A stretch of 64,000 nt of DNA, from NCBI GenBank assembly GCA_023205875.1, contig CP060762.1:372001-436000 (forward strand), given 5' to 3'. The notes under the pieces are model-generated. The model was not told the DNA's origin. It saw only the letters and a list, made by a program, of their open reading frames with translations, and made no database searches. Each line of letters opens with the position of its first letter. Position 1 is the first letter of the stretch. Below, piece by piece: positions 1 through 10,601 of the stretch. Both the position numbers and the translations under genes were made by a program. The DNA is from Chloropicon primus. Its lineage: Eukaryota.

Positions 1-159
1 GCAGGACTAAGTTTTTTGCGGGAGGGTCAAGGGAAAGATAAGCTTTTGATGGCCCGATGCATTGGCAAAGAGTTTCTATAAATCGAAAATTGAATCAAAA
101 AAGAAAAGAATTACATCAGCACGGCACAGCGCAACGAGTTCATCCTTACCGAGTGCCCC

Positions 160-2571
160 TCACTCATTGATGCACATCTTCGACACAAGGTCCGTCACAG
201 AAGAGGACAGCGTTCCAAGCTCCAATTCCAGCCCAGAGACTTCGTCCGCATCTGCACCCTTCCTGGAGGACCTCTGAATGAACTGGACCGTCTTTTTGTG
301 GAGCTCTTCCACCAAATTGTACTCGTCCTCCTCCAAGACTTCTGAGAGTTGCTTCAGGGCAAACGACAAGAGCTTCCCAGGCAAATTCAGCATGCAGTCC
401 TTCTTCCTGGCATATATGAGGGGAACCGCGATTGCGATCGTAGAAGTCAGCACCTGGTTCGAGTTCAGGCTCGTGAGGAGCTCGTTTTGGTACTCTTTCA
501 CTGTCTTCTGCTCAAGCTTTTTGTCAAGCTTTGGAATCCTCTTCCCGCAGAATTCGGAGGAAGCATCTTCAACTTGAATGATGGCCTCCTCCAGCCCCTT
601 CTTCTGGATGCAGCCAACAAGCTCCACTGCGCTCTTTGAGATGTCCTTGGGAAGCGCTTTCGCTACAGTCAGCCTCTCCTTGTCCGTGAGGCTCTTCGTG
701 CTTTTCGAGAGTTCACTGACTTCGTCGCCCAGGTCTTGACCTATGCCGAACGCTTGGAGCGCGCTGAGCTTGAGAATGTCATCCACCTGGGGGAGGACCG
801 CCGTCCTGACAAGGTGGCGGTCCAGCTGCGAATGAGTCGCGTTCATTTCCGAGTCGCTGTCGCCCTCTTCCTCAGTCTTAGGAATCAAAATCCACAAGGA
901 TTTGGAATAGACAGAGAGCTGGTGAGCTCTCTTGATGACTGACTGAGAGAGTGCCTCAGACCGCACTCTCCTCGCCTCGGCATCGGCCTTGAGGTTCTGC
1001 TTCAGTGCTTCCCTGTGCTCGCTGTGCGCAAAGTGGATGAAGTGGCTTGACAACGCATGCAGGAGCGTGACATCGTCCCCGGTGTATTCCAGCTCATCGT
1101 CCACGACCCTCAGGAATTCTTCTATGCTGCCCCGAGAGGGAAGGGTGCTTGCATCATCATCTCCGACTTGGTCCCTTTGGGGTAAGGAGCTCCCGGCGCT
1201 CTTCTTCCCCTTTGCCGCCCCCTTGCCACCCTTCTTCCCCTTCTTCCCCTTCTTCCCCTTCCCCTTCCCCGTGTCCCAATCATCGTCATCATCAGAGTCT
1301 TCTTCTCGGGGCGCGGCCTCCGCGCTCCTCCCTTTCTTCCCCTTGGCACCGCCCTCTTTGGCCTTGGCCGCCTTTTTCTGCTCCATGATCTCCTGGGCCC
1401 GCTTCAGCACGCCGTCCTTGACGGCGGTCTTGCACTTGTCGCAGAACGCCTTGCTCACGAAGCAGGTGTCCGCCAGCAGGACGCCGACGGCCGAGGACAC
1501 GAGCTGGTTCACTTTCGGGGCCAGCCGGACGATGTCTCTCACGTCCCCGCCCGAGAATGGCGAGGGCAGGTGCTGAGTCATGTCGACGTAGGTGCCGCTC
1601 GAAACGCAGTCGTCCAGTGCGGCGTCCAGGGGCGGGAGCACCTCTGCCGAGGCAAAGACGCTCTCGAGCGAGAACCCTTCCGGAAACCTTTCCCGGAGGT
1701 ACTTGTCGGGCTTCTGAATCCCGAGCTTCTTCAAGGTCTCGTACTCGACGTAACCGTTCGACTTGAAGAAGGACAGGGCGCTCTCCTCCTGCACCTTCCC
1801 GTACAGGGTCGGCGTCCATATCATCGACCCCTTCTGGTACGTGCCGCAGACCTCCGACGCGCCGATCAGGCTGCTCACGATGTTCGGAATCAGGGCGTTG
1901 AGCGCGACGTCGTGTACCTTGAGCCTCGCGCACGCGCTCTTCAGGCTCAGCGGAGCGGCTGATCCCCTCAGAACTCCCCTCACGATCGCCCTCACCCGAG
2001 CGATGTAGACCGGGGTGTACACCAGGCCCGACTGGATCTGCCCGTCGATGACGCTCCCTATCTTGCTCTCCACGGTCCTGGTCACCAAGTCCGCGCTGAG
2101 GTCGTACGTCTTCGCCACCTCCCCGATCGTGACCTTGCCCCTCTGCTGCAGCGTCTCGTTGATCTCCACGCTGATGTCGTCAAAGTACTTTCGAGTCAGA
2201 AGCTCCCCGTCGATCAATTTGATGTCGCCGTCCCCACCGCCCTCGGCCAGCAACCTCGCGGCCTTCTCGCAGTGTACGATGTCCACGTCCAGCAGGGGCG
2301 GAAGCTCCGCCAGGGCAACCCTCCCCCCGAGCCTGTCCACGGTGCCCCTCACCTCCTCCCTCAGCCTCCTCTCCGTGAGGTACTCTCGGCCGGTCACCGT
2401 GTGGAGCAAGGCGTTGTCCTCCTGAGACCCCACAAGACCCTTCTCCTTGAGCTTGCTCACGAGCTCCACCACATTCCTCTCCGACAACCGCGCCGTCGTC
2501 TTCGTCTCCTGGGCGGTGCTCAGCTGGGCCATAAGCTCCTCCAGGCTCACCCCGTCGTCCTCCATCATCAT
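160..2571 (-). CDS. UFL1: E3 UFM1-protein ligase 1
   Basis: 803-aa intronless ORF. N-terminal RLSERNVVELVSKL..LLHTVTGREYLT..GGRVAL is the UFL1 signature; Lys/Gly-rich (KGKKGK) central linker. Confidence 0.92.
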   Translation of the reverse strand: MMMEDDGVSLEELMAQLSTAQETKTTARLSERNVVELVSKLKEKGLVGSQEDNALLHTVTGREYLTERRLREEVRGTVDRLGGRVALAELPPLLDVDIVHCEKAARLLAEGGGDGDIKLIDGELLTRKYFDDISVEINETLQQRGKVTIGEVAKTYDLSADLVTRTVESKIGSVIDGQIQSGLVYTPVYIARVRAIVRGVLRGSAAPLSLKSACARLKVHDVALNALIPNIVSSLIGASEVCGTYQKGSMIWTPTLYGKVQEESALSFFKSNGYVEYETLKKLGIQKPDKYLRERFPEGFSLESVFASAEVLPPLDAALDDCVSSGTYVDMTQHLPSPFSGGDVRDIVRLAPKVNQLVSSAVGVLLADTCFVSKAFCDKCKTAVKDGVLKRAQEIMEQKKAAKAKEGGAKGKKGRSAEAAPREEDSDDDDDWDTGKGKGKKGKKGKKGGKGAAKGKKSAGSSLPQRDQVGDDDASTLPSRGSIEEFLRVVDDELEYTGDDVTLLHALSSHFIHFAHSEHREALKQNLKADAEARRVRSEALSQSVIKRAHQLSVYSKSLWILIPKTEEEGDSDSEMNATHSQLDRHLVRTAVLPQVDDILKLSALQAFGIGQDLGDEVSELSKSTKSLTDKERLTVAKALPKDISKSAVELVGCIQKKGLEEAIIQVEDASSEFCGKRIPKLDKKLEQKTVKEYQNELLTSLNSNQVLTSTIAIAVPLIYARKKDCMLNLPGKLLSFALKQLSEVLEEDEYNLVEELHKKTVQFIQRSSRKGADADEVSGLELELGTLSSSVTDLVSKMCINE

Positions 2572-3048
2572 CGCGTCCTCCTCCGTTAAAAATCGTTCTA
2601 CCCAACCAATTGGAGCGTCGAAGGGGTCGTTCGAACGGTCGACGGAAACCTCGCGAGACGTAACTTCGTTTGAGCCGACTTGCGCGAGACCTCGCAGGTT
2701 GGCTCAAGTTCCGCGCGACACGCAAGTCCGCAACAACCTCCAAGGCACCGATCGATCGATGGCGATCGAAATTTTTTTTTGATGAATTAGTGAAAATTTT
2801 TCTCTTTTTCCCAGGGAGAGGAAAAAACCTGCGAGGGGCTTCATCTCCGTAACGGCGAGAGGAGGGGTCAGCGGCAGATCCCGGTCCGGGGCAGTTCATT
2901 TTGTGCGGAGGGGAGTGAGGACAGCTGGGAGCGAGGTACTGATCCGCTTGGACGAAGGAGACGCCGACATTGGGGCTTTGATCGTTCTCGGAAGCGGCGT
3001 CTTTGTTGTTGTTGTGAAGCAGGCAGGAGCACGATAGTATCACCACTC

Positions 3049-4269
3049 ATGGCGGGTGGAGGGGATTCGGACCCATCATCGGGGGGTCGCTCGTACAAGA
3101 ATCCGCTCAAGCACGCGAGGACCAGGGGCTTCCTGACGTCGATCGAGGAGGTTTCTCCGGAGGGATCCCCTCACAAGGGCCAGGACGAGGCCGCGCAAGG
3201 AAGCGCGAGGAACCAGGACGACGGCAGCAACTCCCTCAGGAGGGTGGACGCCCTGTCCAAGTCTGCGACGGATCCGTTCAACCAGCCGATCGGCAGGGGG
3301 GACGCGGCTTATAGCAGCAATGAGACGCCGTGCTACAACTACTCCCTGCGGGAATACCTGGACAAGATCACCTCCAAGTTCGAGGACGCGGGCGGCAGGC
3401 AATCCATGTTCCGAAAGCTGCGCAGGCAGAGGACGAGGTTCCTGGAGAGGAACGACTCGAACCGCTGGTCGAACACGTCCTCCGAGTCGGGGGCGCTGCA
3501 CCGCAGCTGCGGGAGCGACGGGGCGGGGTCACTGAGGTCCAGGGGTCACGAGTGCCTCATCCTCACGAACAGAATCCTTTCGTTCGTCCTCATGGCCCTC
3601 GCCATCGTGCTCATCTTTGGCGTCCTCATCAGCATGGCGGTCCTGACGCCCCAAGCGAAGACGGTTCTGGTCCGCACGGGACGCATGTTCGGCGAGCAGG
3701 CCATCGTGTTCAGCAACGTCACCATCGAGGACACCACAATGGACGGGCTCACCCTGAAGAACTTGCCCAACATCGGGGACGTGGTCGGATCGATGTTCGG
3801 GATGGATCCCGTCACGAGCATGTCCAAGTCGGCCGAGTCGCCTGAGTGGAGGTGGCCCTGGGAGGACCCTCCGCCGTCCGAGGCCGAGGAGATCGAGCTG
3901 AAGGACGCAAAGGAGGCGAAGAAGTCGGAGGAGTTGGAGGTCCTTTCGGTGCTTGAGGAGCCAAAGGACGCCTTCCTGGAGTGGTGCGAGGCGGCTCCCT
4001 GCGCGAAAGCCCTCCGGGACAAGTGCCCCCAGATCAAAATCGGGCTGGAGAAGGGGAGCAACGGCCCGGTCCCCGTCCTGCCGTTCCCAAAGGAGTTCTG
4101 CGCCGCATTCAGGCAGCTGAACCGGTCCAGGTGCCTCTGCGACAAGAACATCCAGAGCATCCCGGACGGGGAGAGGCTCTTCCAGACCAGGTCGCTGATC
4201 TCGAGCATGTGCGGCTTCAGGGACGAGCTGAAAAAGTGCGGAGGCGCCGGGCCGGGGACCTCCGGGTGA
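3049..4269 (+). CDS. Hypothetical single-pass membrane protein with C-terminal 8-Cys domain
   Basis: 406-aa ORF with GC3-rich codons; one hydrophobic segment (ILSFVLMALAIVLIFGVLISMAVL); 8 Cys including CLC near the C-terminus. Confidence 0.75.
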   Translation: MAGGGDSDPSSGGRSYKNPLKHARTRGFLTSIEEVSPEGSPHKGQDEAAQGSARNQDDGSNSLRRVDALSKSATDPFNQPIGRGDAAYSSNETPCYNYSLREYLDKITSKFEDAGGRQSMFRKLRRQRTRFLERNDSNRWSNTSSESGALHRSCGSDGAGSLRSRGHECLILTNRILSFVLMALAIVLIFGVLISMAVLTPQAKTVLVRTGRMFGEQAIVFSNVTIEDTTMDGLTLKNLPNIGDVVGSMFGMDPVTSMSKSAESPEWRWPWEDPPPSEAEEIELKDAKEAKKSEELEVLSVLEEPKDAFLEWCEAAPCAKALRDKCPQIKIGLEKGSNGPVPVLPFPKEFCAAFRQLNRSRCLCDKNIQSIPDGERLFQTRSLISSMCGFRDELKKCGGAGPGTSG

Positions 4270-4413
4270 CAAGGAAGGAGGGAGCGTGTGGAGAACCCGT
4301 GTCAAGACATCCTGCAGTGTTTGTGTGCAATTAAATCTTTTTCTTTTGACTTACACTTTGAACGAGCAGTTTTCTTCTTCTCTTCTCTTCTCCTCTTGTT
4401 TCTTTCTTTCTTT

Positions 4414-5154
4414 TCAAGTGTCGTTGAAGCGGATGGCTCCGCTCTTCAGCACCACCGAGAAGGTCGCGAGCATCAGCACCACGAGGAGAGAGAAGCTCAG
4501 GGCGAGGACGACCTGGGTCAGCGTGATCTGCGGCTGCCACCATGGTCGGTCCTTGTCCTCGTAGTCCCCTTGGACATCTACCGTCCGGGCGTCCGCCTTG
4601 AAGGGCGACATGAGCTTCTGGCTGCTGATGGACCCGAGGCTTCCCCCCTCCCCCTGCCCGGGAGCACTCTGCTTCTTCGCCGCGAACGGGCTGCTCTGCT
4701 TCCCCGACGCCTTGGACGCGAAGGGGCTCTGGGCCGCCGGCTTCTTCTTCGTCGTGGTCCCTCCGGAGAACGGGCTCTTGGATTCCGTGGACTCCACGGC
4801 CGCGAAGGGGCTCCGCGACCCCTCGTCGCTCCCCGCGGCCGGCTGGTAGTTCTGCGCGGTCTCCCCGAGCTCCTCCACTCCCCTGAGCTCCTTCGAGTCC
4901 CTCTTCAGCAAGCTCCTCACCTTCTCGGTGCTGTAGTCGTACAACTCCTCCTCCTCGTCCTCCTCCTTGGCCCGACGACGAATCGACCAAGAAGAAGAAG
5001 AAGAGCCTCGTCCCTCTCTTCTCGCGACGACAAACCTGGACGACGACGACGACGACGACGACAGAAGAGACTGACGTCTCCTTCTCGCGATCTTCACCCT
5101 CGAGGACGAGCAACAAGCAGCGCTCCCACTCCCACGGACGGCCAACGTCAACAT
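4414..5154 (-). CDS. Hypothetical, probably plastid-targeted membrane protein
   Basis: ATG at 5154; Ser/Arg-rich transit-peptide-like N-terminus, repeated SPF motifs, C-terminal TM helix ending GAIRFNDT. Confidence 0.7.
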   Translation of the reverse strand: MLTLAVRGSGSAACCSSSRVKIARRRRQSLLSSSSSSSSRFVVARREGRGSSSSSWSIRRRAKEEDEEEELYDYSTEKVRSLLKRDSKELRGVEELGETAQNYQPAAGSDEGSRSPFAAVESTESKSPFSGGTTTKKKPAAQSPFASKASGKQSSPFAAKKQSAPGQGEGGSLGSISSQKLMSPFKADARTVDVQGDYEDKDRPWWQPQITLTQVVLALSFSLLVVLMLATFSVVLKSGAIRFNDT

Positions 5155-5536
5155 CCCTCTCTCTCTGTCGCTTTTCTTCTTTTCTTCTCCGTTCAAGACG
5201 ACACGGAAGAAAACGCCGCCGAAGCACGCGAGACCGAGAGACCAAACAAAAAAACGAAAGAACGAAAGACTCCTCCACCTCCTCTCTCTTGCCGATCGAT
5301 CGCCGATATGATCGATCGCGGCGCGATCGGCTTCTGCTTCTCTTCCTTCCCCTTGTCCTGAAGCGCTGATACATGTTCGCTCTGTGACGTTATTTATTTG
5401 GGCGGGAAACCGCTCCCCTTGCCGAGTAGAAATCCCTTGTTGGGGCGAGATTGAAAAAAGGAAGAGGACGGACGGCGATTCGATCGATCGTTATACCAAT
5501 CGCCGATCGGCCAGCAGAGGGCCGGGGCACGTGAGC

Positions 5537-6502
5537 ATGGCGATGATGAGGGCGGCGGCGCTGAGGAGGACGAGGAAGGAGGCTTCGATCCTCGCAAAAT
5601 CCCCCTCCTCTTCTTCTTCCTCCTCCTCTTCGGTCGCGCATGCGCGTTGGACGCCTTCTTCTTCTCCTTCTTCTTCTTTGCACCGCATGGCCATGTTCAT
5701 GCATGGACTGCATGGACTCCATGGTGGTCGTGGTGGTAATGGTGGTGGTGGTGTCGCGAGAGCTTCCGTAGGGGACGTTGACTCGATGGAGGCGGAGGCC
5801 TTGCGGTCGCCCCTCTCTTCTCCCGCGGGGTCGACGACGAGGAAGGCGACGAAGAGGTACCGAGGTTCTCGCCCCAAGGTTGCGGTGGACGTCGACGAGG
5901 TTCTCGCCCAGTTCCTCCTGTCCCTGAACTCGTACTACGAGGACAGGTTCAGCAAGAGGTACGGCATCGAGCACTACGACGAGTACTACTTTTGCAAGAT
6001 CTGGGACTGCTCGCCGGACGACTCGAACGACATCGTGCACCAGTTTTTTGACTCCCACCACTTCAGGGACGGGATAGTTCCCGTGCCCGGCGCCCTGCAG
6101 GCGCTGAGGGAGCTGAGGACCAAGTGCGACCTCGTGGTGATCACTTCGAGGCAGAACGCGATCAGGAGCGCCACAGAGAGGTGGGTGGAGTCTCACTTTC
6201 CCGGAGTCTTCGAGGACCTGTTCTTCTGCAACCACTTTGCGCTGGACGGGGAGAGCGTGAGCAAAGCGGAGATGTGCTCGAGGGTCGGGGCGGACTTGCT
6301 CATCGACGACAACCCCGGCTACGCCTCGGACTGCGCGGGGAGCGGGCTCGATGTGATCCTGTTCGACTACAAGTCCAGCTACCCTTGGAGCAAGGCCTGC
6401 GAGGAGCACGAGAACATAAGGAGGTGCGCGGACTGGGAGGAGATCCTGGACAAGATAGAGGAGCTGTACTTCCGTCCCACCCTTCCTCCGATCGGGGCCT
6501 AG
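5537..6502 (+). CDS. HAD-superfamily 5'(3')-deoxyribonucleotidase-like protein (NT5C family), organelle-targeted
   Basis: HAD motifs VDVDEV (I), ITSR (II), K (III), LIDD (IV); Ser/Arg-rich presequence from ATG 5537. Confidence 0.85.
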   Translation: MAMMRAAALRRTRKEASILAKSPSSSSSSSSSVAHARWTPSSSPSSSLHRMAMFMHGLHGLHGGRGGNGGGGVARASVGDVDSMEAEALRSPLSSPAGSTTRKATKRYRGSRPKVAVDVDEVLAQFLLSLNSYYEDRFSKRYGIEHYDEYYFCKIWDCSPDDSNDIVHQFFDSHHFRDGIVPVPGALQALRELRTKCDLVVITSRQNAIRSATERWVESHFPGVFEDLFFCNHFALDGESVSKAEMCSRVGADLLIDDNPGYASDCAGSGLDVILFDYKSSYPWSKACEEHENIRRCADWEEILDKIEELYFRPTLPPIGA

Positions 6503-6587
6503 GCTCCCAGGACTTCCCTTGTACTACTCTTCTTCTTCTTCTCCTTGAAAACGTGTAAAAAAAACAAAAACTCAACTATATCACACA

Positions 6588-9500
6588 TTACAATAGACTC
6601 TCGAGGGCCCCGACCGCGAAGAGGGACAGGTAGAGCGTGGCCGCGACATTCCCCTCCGGCGTCAGCATCGTGATTTCGGCCTCCGAGAGGTCCTTCATAT
6701 CCTTGAAGATGTCCATGAGGCTCACCTCGCAGTAAGCGATGTCCTGGAACTTGGAGTCGCTCTCTCCCTGACCGGCGCCCCCCTTCCCCTCCGCAACCAA
6801 GCAGAACGGGATGCTGCTCTCGACCTCGTTGCCGTCAGCGATCAGGGTGAGGAGGTGCTCCCGGATGTCCTGGTGGGTCTCGCTGTCTATGCAGAACACC
6901 TGGGTGTGGGAGAAGTCCACTACTTTGCTGATTTTCGGCCGCATTGGCGTGCACTGGCTCTTCGCGTCGACGAAGGTCGTCATGAAATCGAAGACCACGC
7001 AGAGCTGCTCCACGGCGGAGTTCTCCATCATGTCCTCGGACAAGACCACCTTGGAGACGTGGATGACGATGTTGGATGTCAAATCCGGGAGCTTCAAGTT
7101 GGCGTGCTCAAGTCCCACAAACGAGCTCTTCTCCTCCGGGACTTGACTGCTCAGTCCGTCATCGTGCTCCTCCGCCGCGTCATGGATCTCGATCTCTTCG
7201 GCGTCACCCCCCTCCTCCTCCTTGTCGTCTTCCTCAATCTCGGCCGCGATTTCACTCTCGTGGACGATTTCCACTTCCTGGGGCTCCTCTGGCGCAGGAT
7301 CATCGGCGTTCTCCCCCTCCTGGACAATCGGCGCGGGCAGTTGTGCGGCCTCCAACTTCACCATTTCAGAAAGGACCGTGTAGTTCTCGGTCTGCTTCTC
7401 GGCGACGGTTTCGGACTCCTCCGTCACCTCAGGCTCTGGTTCTAGCTGAGGCGGGAAGGGGCTGTCCCTCTGGGATGCCATCCTGTCGACCCACTGCACG
7501 TGCACCTTCACCTTGCCCACCTCCTGGCCACTCCTCGAGTGCAGGGGATACACGCTGTCGATGGGAATGCCGTCCGCAAGATCTTTAATGGCGATCTTGC
7601 ACTCGCCGATGAAGCTGCCTTCCAGGGTCTCGCTGTCGTGGAAGCATTTGAGCTCAAGGTCTGAAGAGTGCAGGGCGTCCCTCAGCTCCGGGCTCCACTT
7701 TGCCTTGAGCAAGTTCTTGTCCTTGAAGACGGGGTCTTTCCCAGTGCCAAACACAGTGTCGTGCTCAGGGAAGTCCAGTAACTTGTAGTTGAAGTAAGCA
7801 ACGATGTCCTCGCCCTTTGTATCGGGAAGAGCGAGGCCAGCGCAGCTCTCAATAAGGATTTCGATGCCCGTTGTCATGTACCCGTGGTCGTCCGAATCCA
7901 ATTCTGGGAGGCTCGAGTCCACCTTCAGTTCTCTGACCAAGTTGTTCTGGAACTCAATGCTGTAGAAAAGCTTGCCCAGAAGCTTGCCCCCATTGCCGAA
8001 AACGTCGCAGGCCCTCAAGTTCCCAGAGTACTTGTCCGAAAGCATCTGCCTGAGCGGAATTTCAGCGGCTCCGACCACCTGGTAATCCAATCCGCTCACT
8101 CTGTTCACCTCCACAACAACATTTCTGGAATTCATGTAACTGATGAAGAAGTTGTCCACCGCCACGACAAATTGGAAGCTTGTGTCCAAACGCGGCTTCA
8201 GGCCCTGCACGACATCGCTCGTTTGCGGCTCATGCTCGTAGAAGTCGACGACCAAGAACGTTGAGGTGCTCGCGTCGAAACCGGTGTTTTCGACGTAGGA
8301 TACACTGTGCATCGACAGGATCAGAAGGTCCTCGTTCTCTTTCAGCTCGATATCTTGCAACATGTCTTCCTCGTTCTTGAGCTTCTGCGACGGGTCCACC
8401 CCCTCTGAGCTGAAGCAGAGCTTCGCCTCAAGCTTGCTGATTCTCTCCTGCTTCATCGTGAGCTCCCCCTGATACGCTCCGAGCCTCTTGTCGTACGAGG
8501 CCTTGGCACTATCCAGCTGGTTCTTCAAGGACTCGTTCTCTGCGATCAGGTTTGTGCACCTCTGCTCTTCGTGCCTGAGCACGAGGTTCAACTTCTCGAG
8601 CTCCAGCGTCTGTTTGGCATACGCTTCCTGCAGGTGCTTCAACTCGTAGCTCATCTCCTTCTCGGAGCCCGTCATGGTAACGCTCATCATGGCAGATTCA
8701 ATCGGGTCAGTGGGATCAAGCTGCTGCTTGGCCTCATCATTCTTCAGCGCCTGGTACACCTTGAGCTTCTCGTTCGCTGCCTCCAGCTCGATCTTGACTT
8801 TCGCAACCTCCTTGACGGCATTGTCGCGCTCAACTCTCACGGACAACATGTCGGCCCCCGAGTAGGACCCCGCGGTCGACAGCTGCTTCTTCATGCTCGC
8901 GAGCTCTCTCCGAAGCTCAGTCTCCCTGAGCTCCGCTGCATTTCTTTGCTTCTGGTGCTCTATCGCGTCCCACCTGGCGTTCTTGAGCTCGTTGAGAGCG
9001 GCCTGCGGTGCCTTGATTGCGCTGCTCATCAGCTGGTGGTTCTCTTTCTCCAGCTCAAGGATGTCTTTCTGCGCCTGTTCCAGAAGGGGCTTGAGGTCCC
9101 TGGCCCCCTGGATGTCAAACACGAGCTTCTTCTGCTCCACCTCCAGCATCATGCAATGCTTCCTTTCTTCTGCGAGCTTCTTGTTTGTTTCCTCCAGCTG
9201 GTCGACCAATCTCTTCTGGGCAGCCTTCATGTCCTCCACCATCCTTTGGGAGTCTCCATATCGGTTCTCGAGCCTATCGATCTGCCTGCGCGCCACCGCG
9301 ATCTCGGAAAACTGCTTGTCGCTTGGCAGGTCCGGCATCCCGAGCTGGAAGGACGAGGGCGCGTCAGTCAAGCCGAGGTTCTTTTGGATCACGGACAGGG
9401 ACCTCTCGAGGGGCTCCTGCTTGGGCTTCTTTGGAAGCTTGTCCTTGTTGATCACGCCGAAAGTGACCAGGACATCAAGGAACATCGTTTGGCCGTGGCC

Positions 9501-10601
9501 CTGCACGTCCTGCGTCTTAATCTTCGACAGGCACACCCGGACGTCACTGCTGGACAGCGTCGGAACCAGAGTGCGCAGGTACTTGGACACGGCTTTGTAC
9601 GACAGGTGGCCATTCTCATCGCACTGCTTCTTGAAAGTCTTCCTGGCTTCCTGCTTGCGGAACAGGAGCACGTTCAGCACCTTGTCGCTCACGGAGGCGA
9701 ACCTCAGCCCTCCTCCATCGGATTGCTGCGAAGTCGCGGTCACGTCCCTCAGCGCGGACATCATGTCCGCGTAGGACACTTTGCCCTTCCCGAGGACGTC
9801 GAGGCAGGCTCGGAAGTAGTCCAACTCCGCTTCACTCGGGTCTCCCAGGACGTTCGAAACGAGGGTGACGATCCTCTCCAAGGGAATCACGCCCTTCTGC
9901 CTGTTGTCGAGCTCCTCGTACAACTCGATCAACCGCTTCCTGTGAGACTTCAGGTACTGGTCCAAGGCCAGAAGAAGGTCCCTGCTGGGCACCGCTTTGT
10001 GGTACTGTCCGTCCACAAGGAAGCCGTGCGGCTTGAGGCTGCCCTGGCTCAGCTGGTAAAGCTTCAGGGTCTCCGAGTGCATGACGAACTCCGTTCCTTC
10101 CACGTCAACGTACTGGAAGACGCTGTGGCCTTGAGCGGAGTCCCCCTTCGACGAGGCCTCCACCTTCTTCGCAGCTGCCCTGACCGCGGATTTAATCTCC
10201 TGAGAGTCCCGAAGGCTCCTGGACGCGGCGCCGCCTCCTTTGACCACAGTGTTCCTGAAGTGACGAAGCTTCGCAGAGGAATCCGTCTTGCTCTTGTACT
10301 CCTTGGCCAGCTTCTGAAAGTGGAGCACCCTCTGCTTCTCCCTTTCGGCCTTCTGGTGCAGCTGCTCGTTCTTCTCCTCCAGCTCTCCCACTCTGAGCTC
10401 CGTCTGCAGCAACTTGCTCTGCAAATCCGTAGCCGCATTGCTGCTGAACCCTCCAGAGCCAACCTTCCTGACCGCCTTCCTCGCCGCTGCCTCCGTTCGT
10501 ATCAACTTGGTCTGAAGCTTTTTCAGCTGGAGCTCTTGCTCTCTCACCGTCTTCTTCAGACACAAGTTCTCGTCCCTCAGCTTCAAGTTCCTTTCCTCCA
10601 T
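6588..10601 (-). CDS. RPGRIP1L: RPGRIP1L/fantom (MKS5)-like ciliary transition-zone protein
   Basis: N-terminal coiled coil (LRDENLCLKKTVREQELQLKKLQTKL), long coiled coils, then C2 domains (TFLVVDFYEHEPQTS, YFNYKLLDFPEHDT) and an RPGRIP-type C-terminal C2; first in-frame ATG at 10601. Confidence 0.8.
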   Translation of the reverse strand: MEERNLKLRDENLCLKKTVREQELQLKKLQTKLIRTEAAARKAVRKVGSGGFSSNAATDLQSKLLQTELRVGELEEKNEQLHQKAEREKQRVLHFQKLAKEYKSKTDSSAKLRHFRNTVVKGGGAASRSLRDSQEIKSAVRAAAKKVEASSKGDSAQGHSVFQYVDVEGTEFVMHSETLKLYQLSQGSLKPHGFLVDGQYHKAVPSRDLLLALDQYLKSHRKRLIELYEELDNRQKGVIPLERIVTLVSNVLGDPSEAELDYFRACLDVLGKGKVSYADMMSALRDVTATSQQSDGGGLRFASVSDKVLNVLLFRKQEARKTFKKQCDENGHLSYKAVSKYLRTLVPTLSSSDVRVCLSKIKTQDVQGHGQTMFLDVLVTFGVINKDKLPKKPKQEPLERSLSVIQKNLGLTDAPSSFQLGMPDLPSDKQFSEIAVARRQIDRLENRYGDSQRMVEDMKAAQKRLVDQLEETNKKLAEERKHCMMLEVEQKKLVFDIQGARDLKPLLEQAQKDILELEKENHQLMSSAIKAPQAALNELKNARWDAIEHQKQRNAAELRETELRRELASMKKQLSTAGSYSGADMLSVRVERDNAVKEVAKVKIELEAANEKLKVYQALKNDEAKQQLDPTDPIESAMMSVTMTGSEKEMSYELKHLQEAYAKQTLELEKLNLVLRHEEQRCTNLIAENESLKNQLDSAKASYDKRLGAYQGELTMKQERISKLEAKLCFSSEGVDPSQKLKNEEDMLQDIELKENEDLLILSMHSVSYVENTGFDASTSTFLVVDFYEHEPQTSDVVQGLKPRLDTSFQFVVAVDNFFISYMNSRNVVVEVNRVSGLDYQVVGAAEIPLRQMLSDKYSGNLRACDVFGNGGKLLGKLFYSIEFQNNLVRELKVDSSLPELDSDDHGYMTTGIEILIESCAGLALPDTKGEDIVAYFNYKLLDFPEHDTVFGTGKDPVFKDKNLLKAKWSPELRDALHSSDLELKCFHDSETLEGSFIGECKIAIKDLADGIPIDSVYPLHSRSGQEVGKVKVHVQWVDRMASQRDSPFPPQLEPEPEVTEESETVAEKQTENYTVLSEMVKLEAAQLPAPIVQEGENADDPAPEEPQEVEIVHESEIAAEIEEDDKEEEGGDAEEIEIHDAAEEHDDGLSSQVPEEKSSFVGLEHANLKLPDLTSNIVIHVSKVVLSEDMMENSAVEQLCVVFDFMTTFVDAKSQCTPMRPKISKVVDFSHTQVFCIDSETHQDIREHLLTLIADGNEVESSIPFCLVAEGKGGAGQGESDSKFQDIAYCEVSLMDIFKDMKDLSEAEITMLTPEGNVAATLYLSLFAVGALESLL

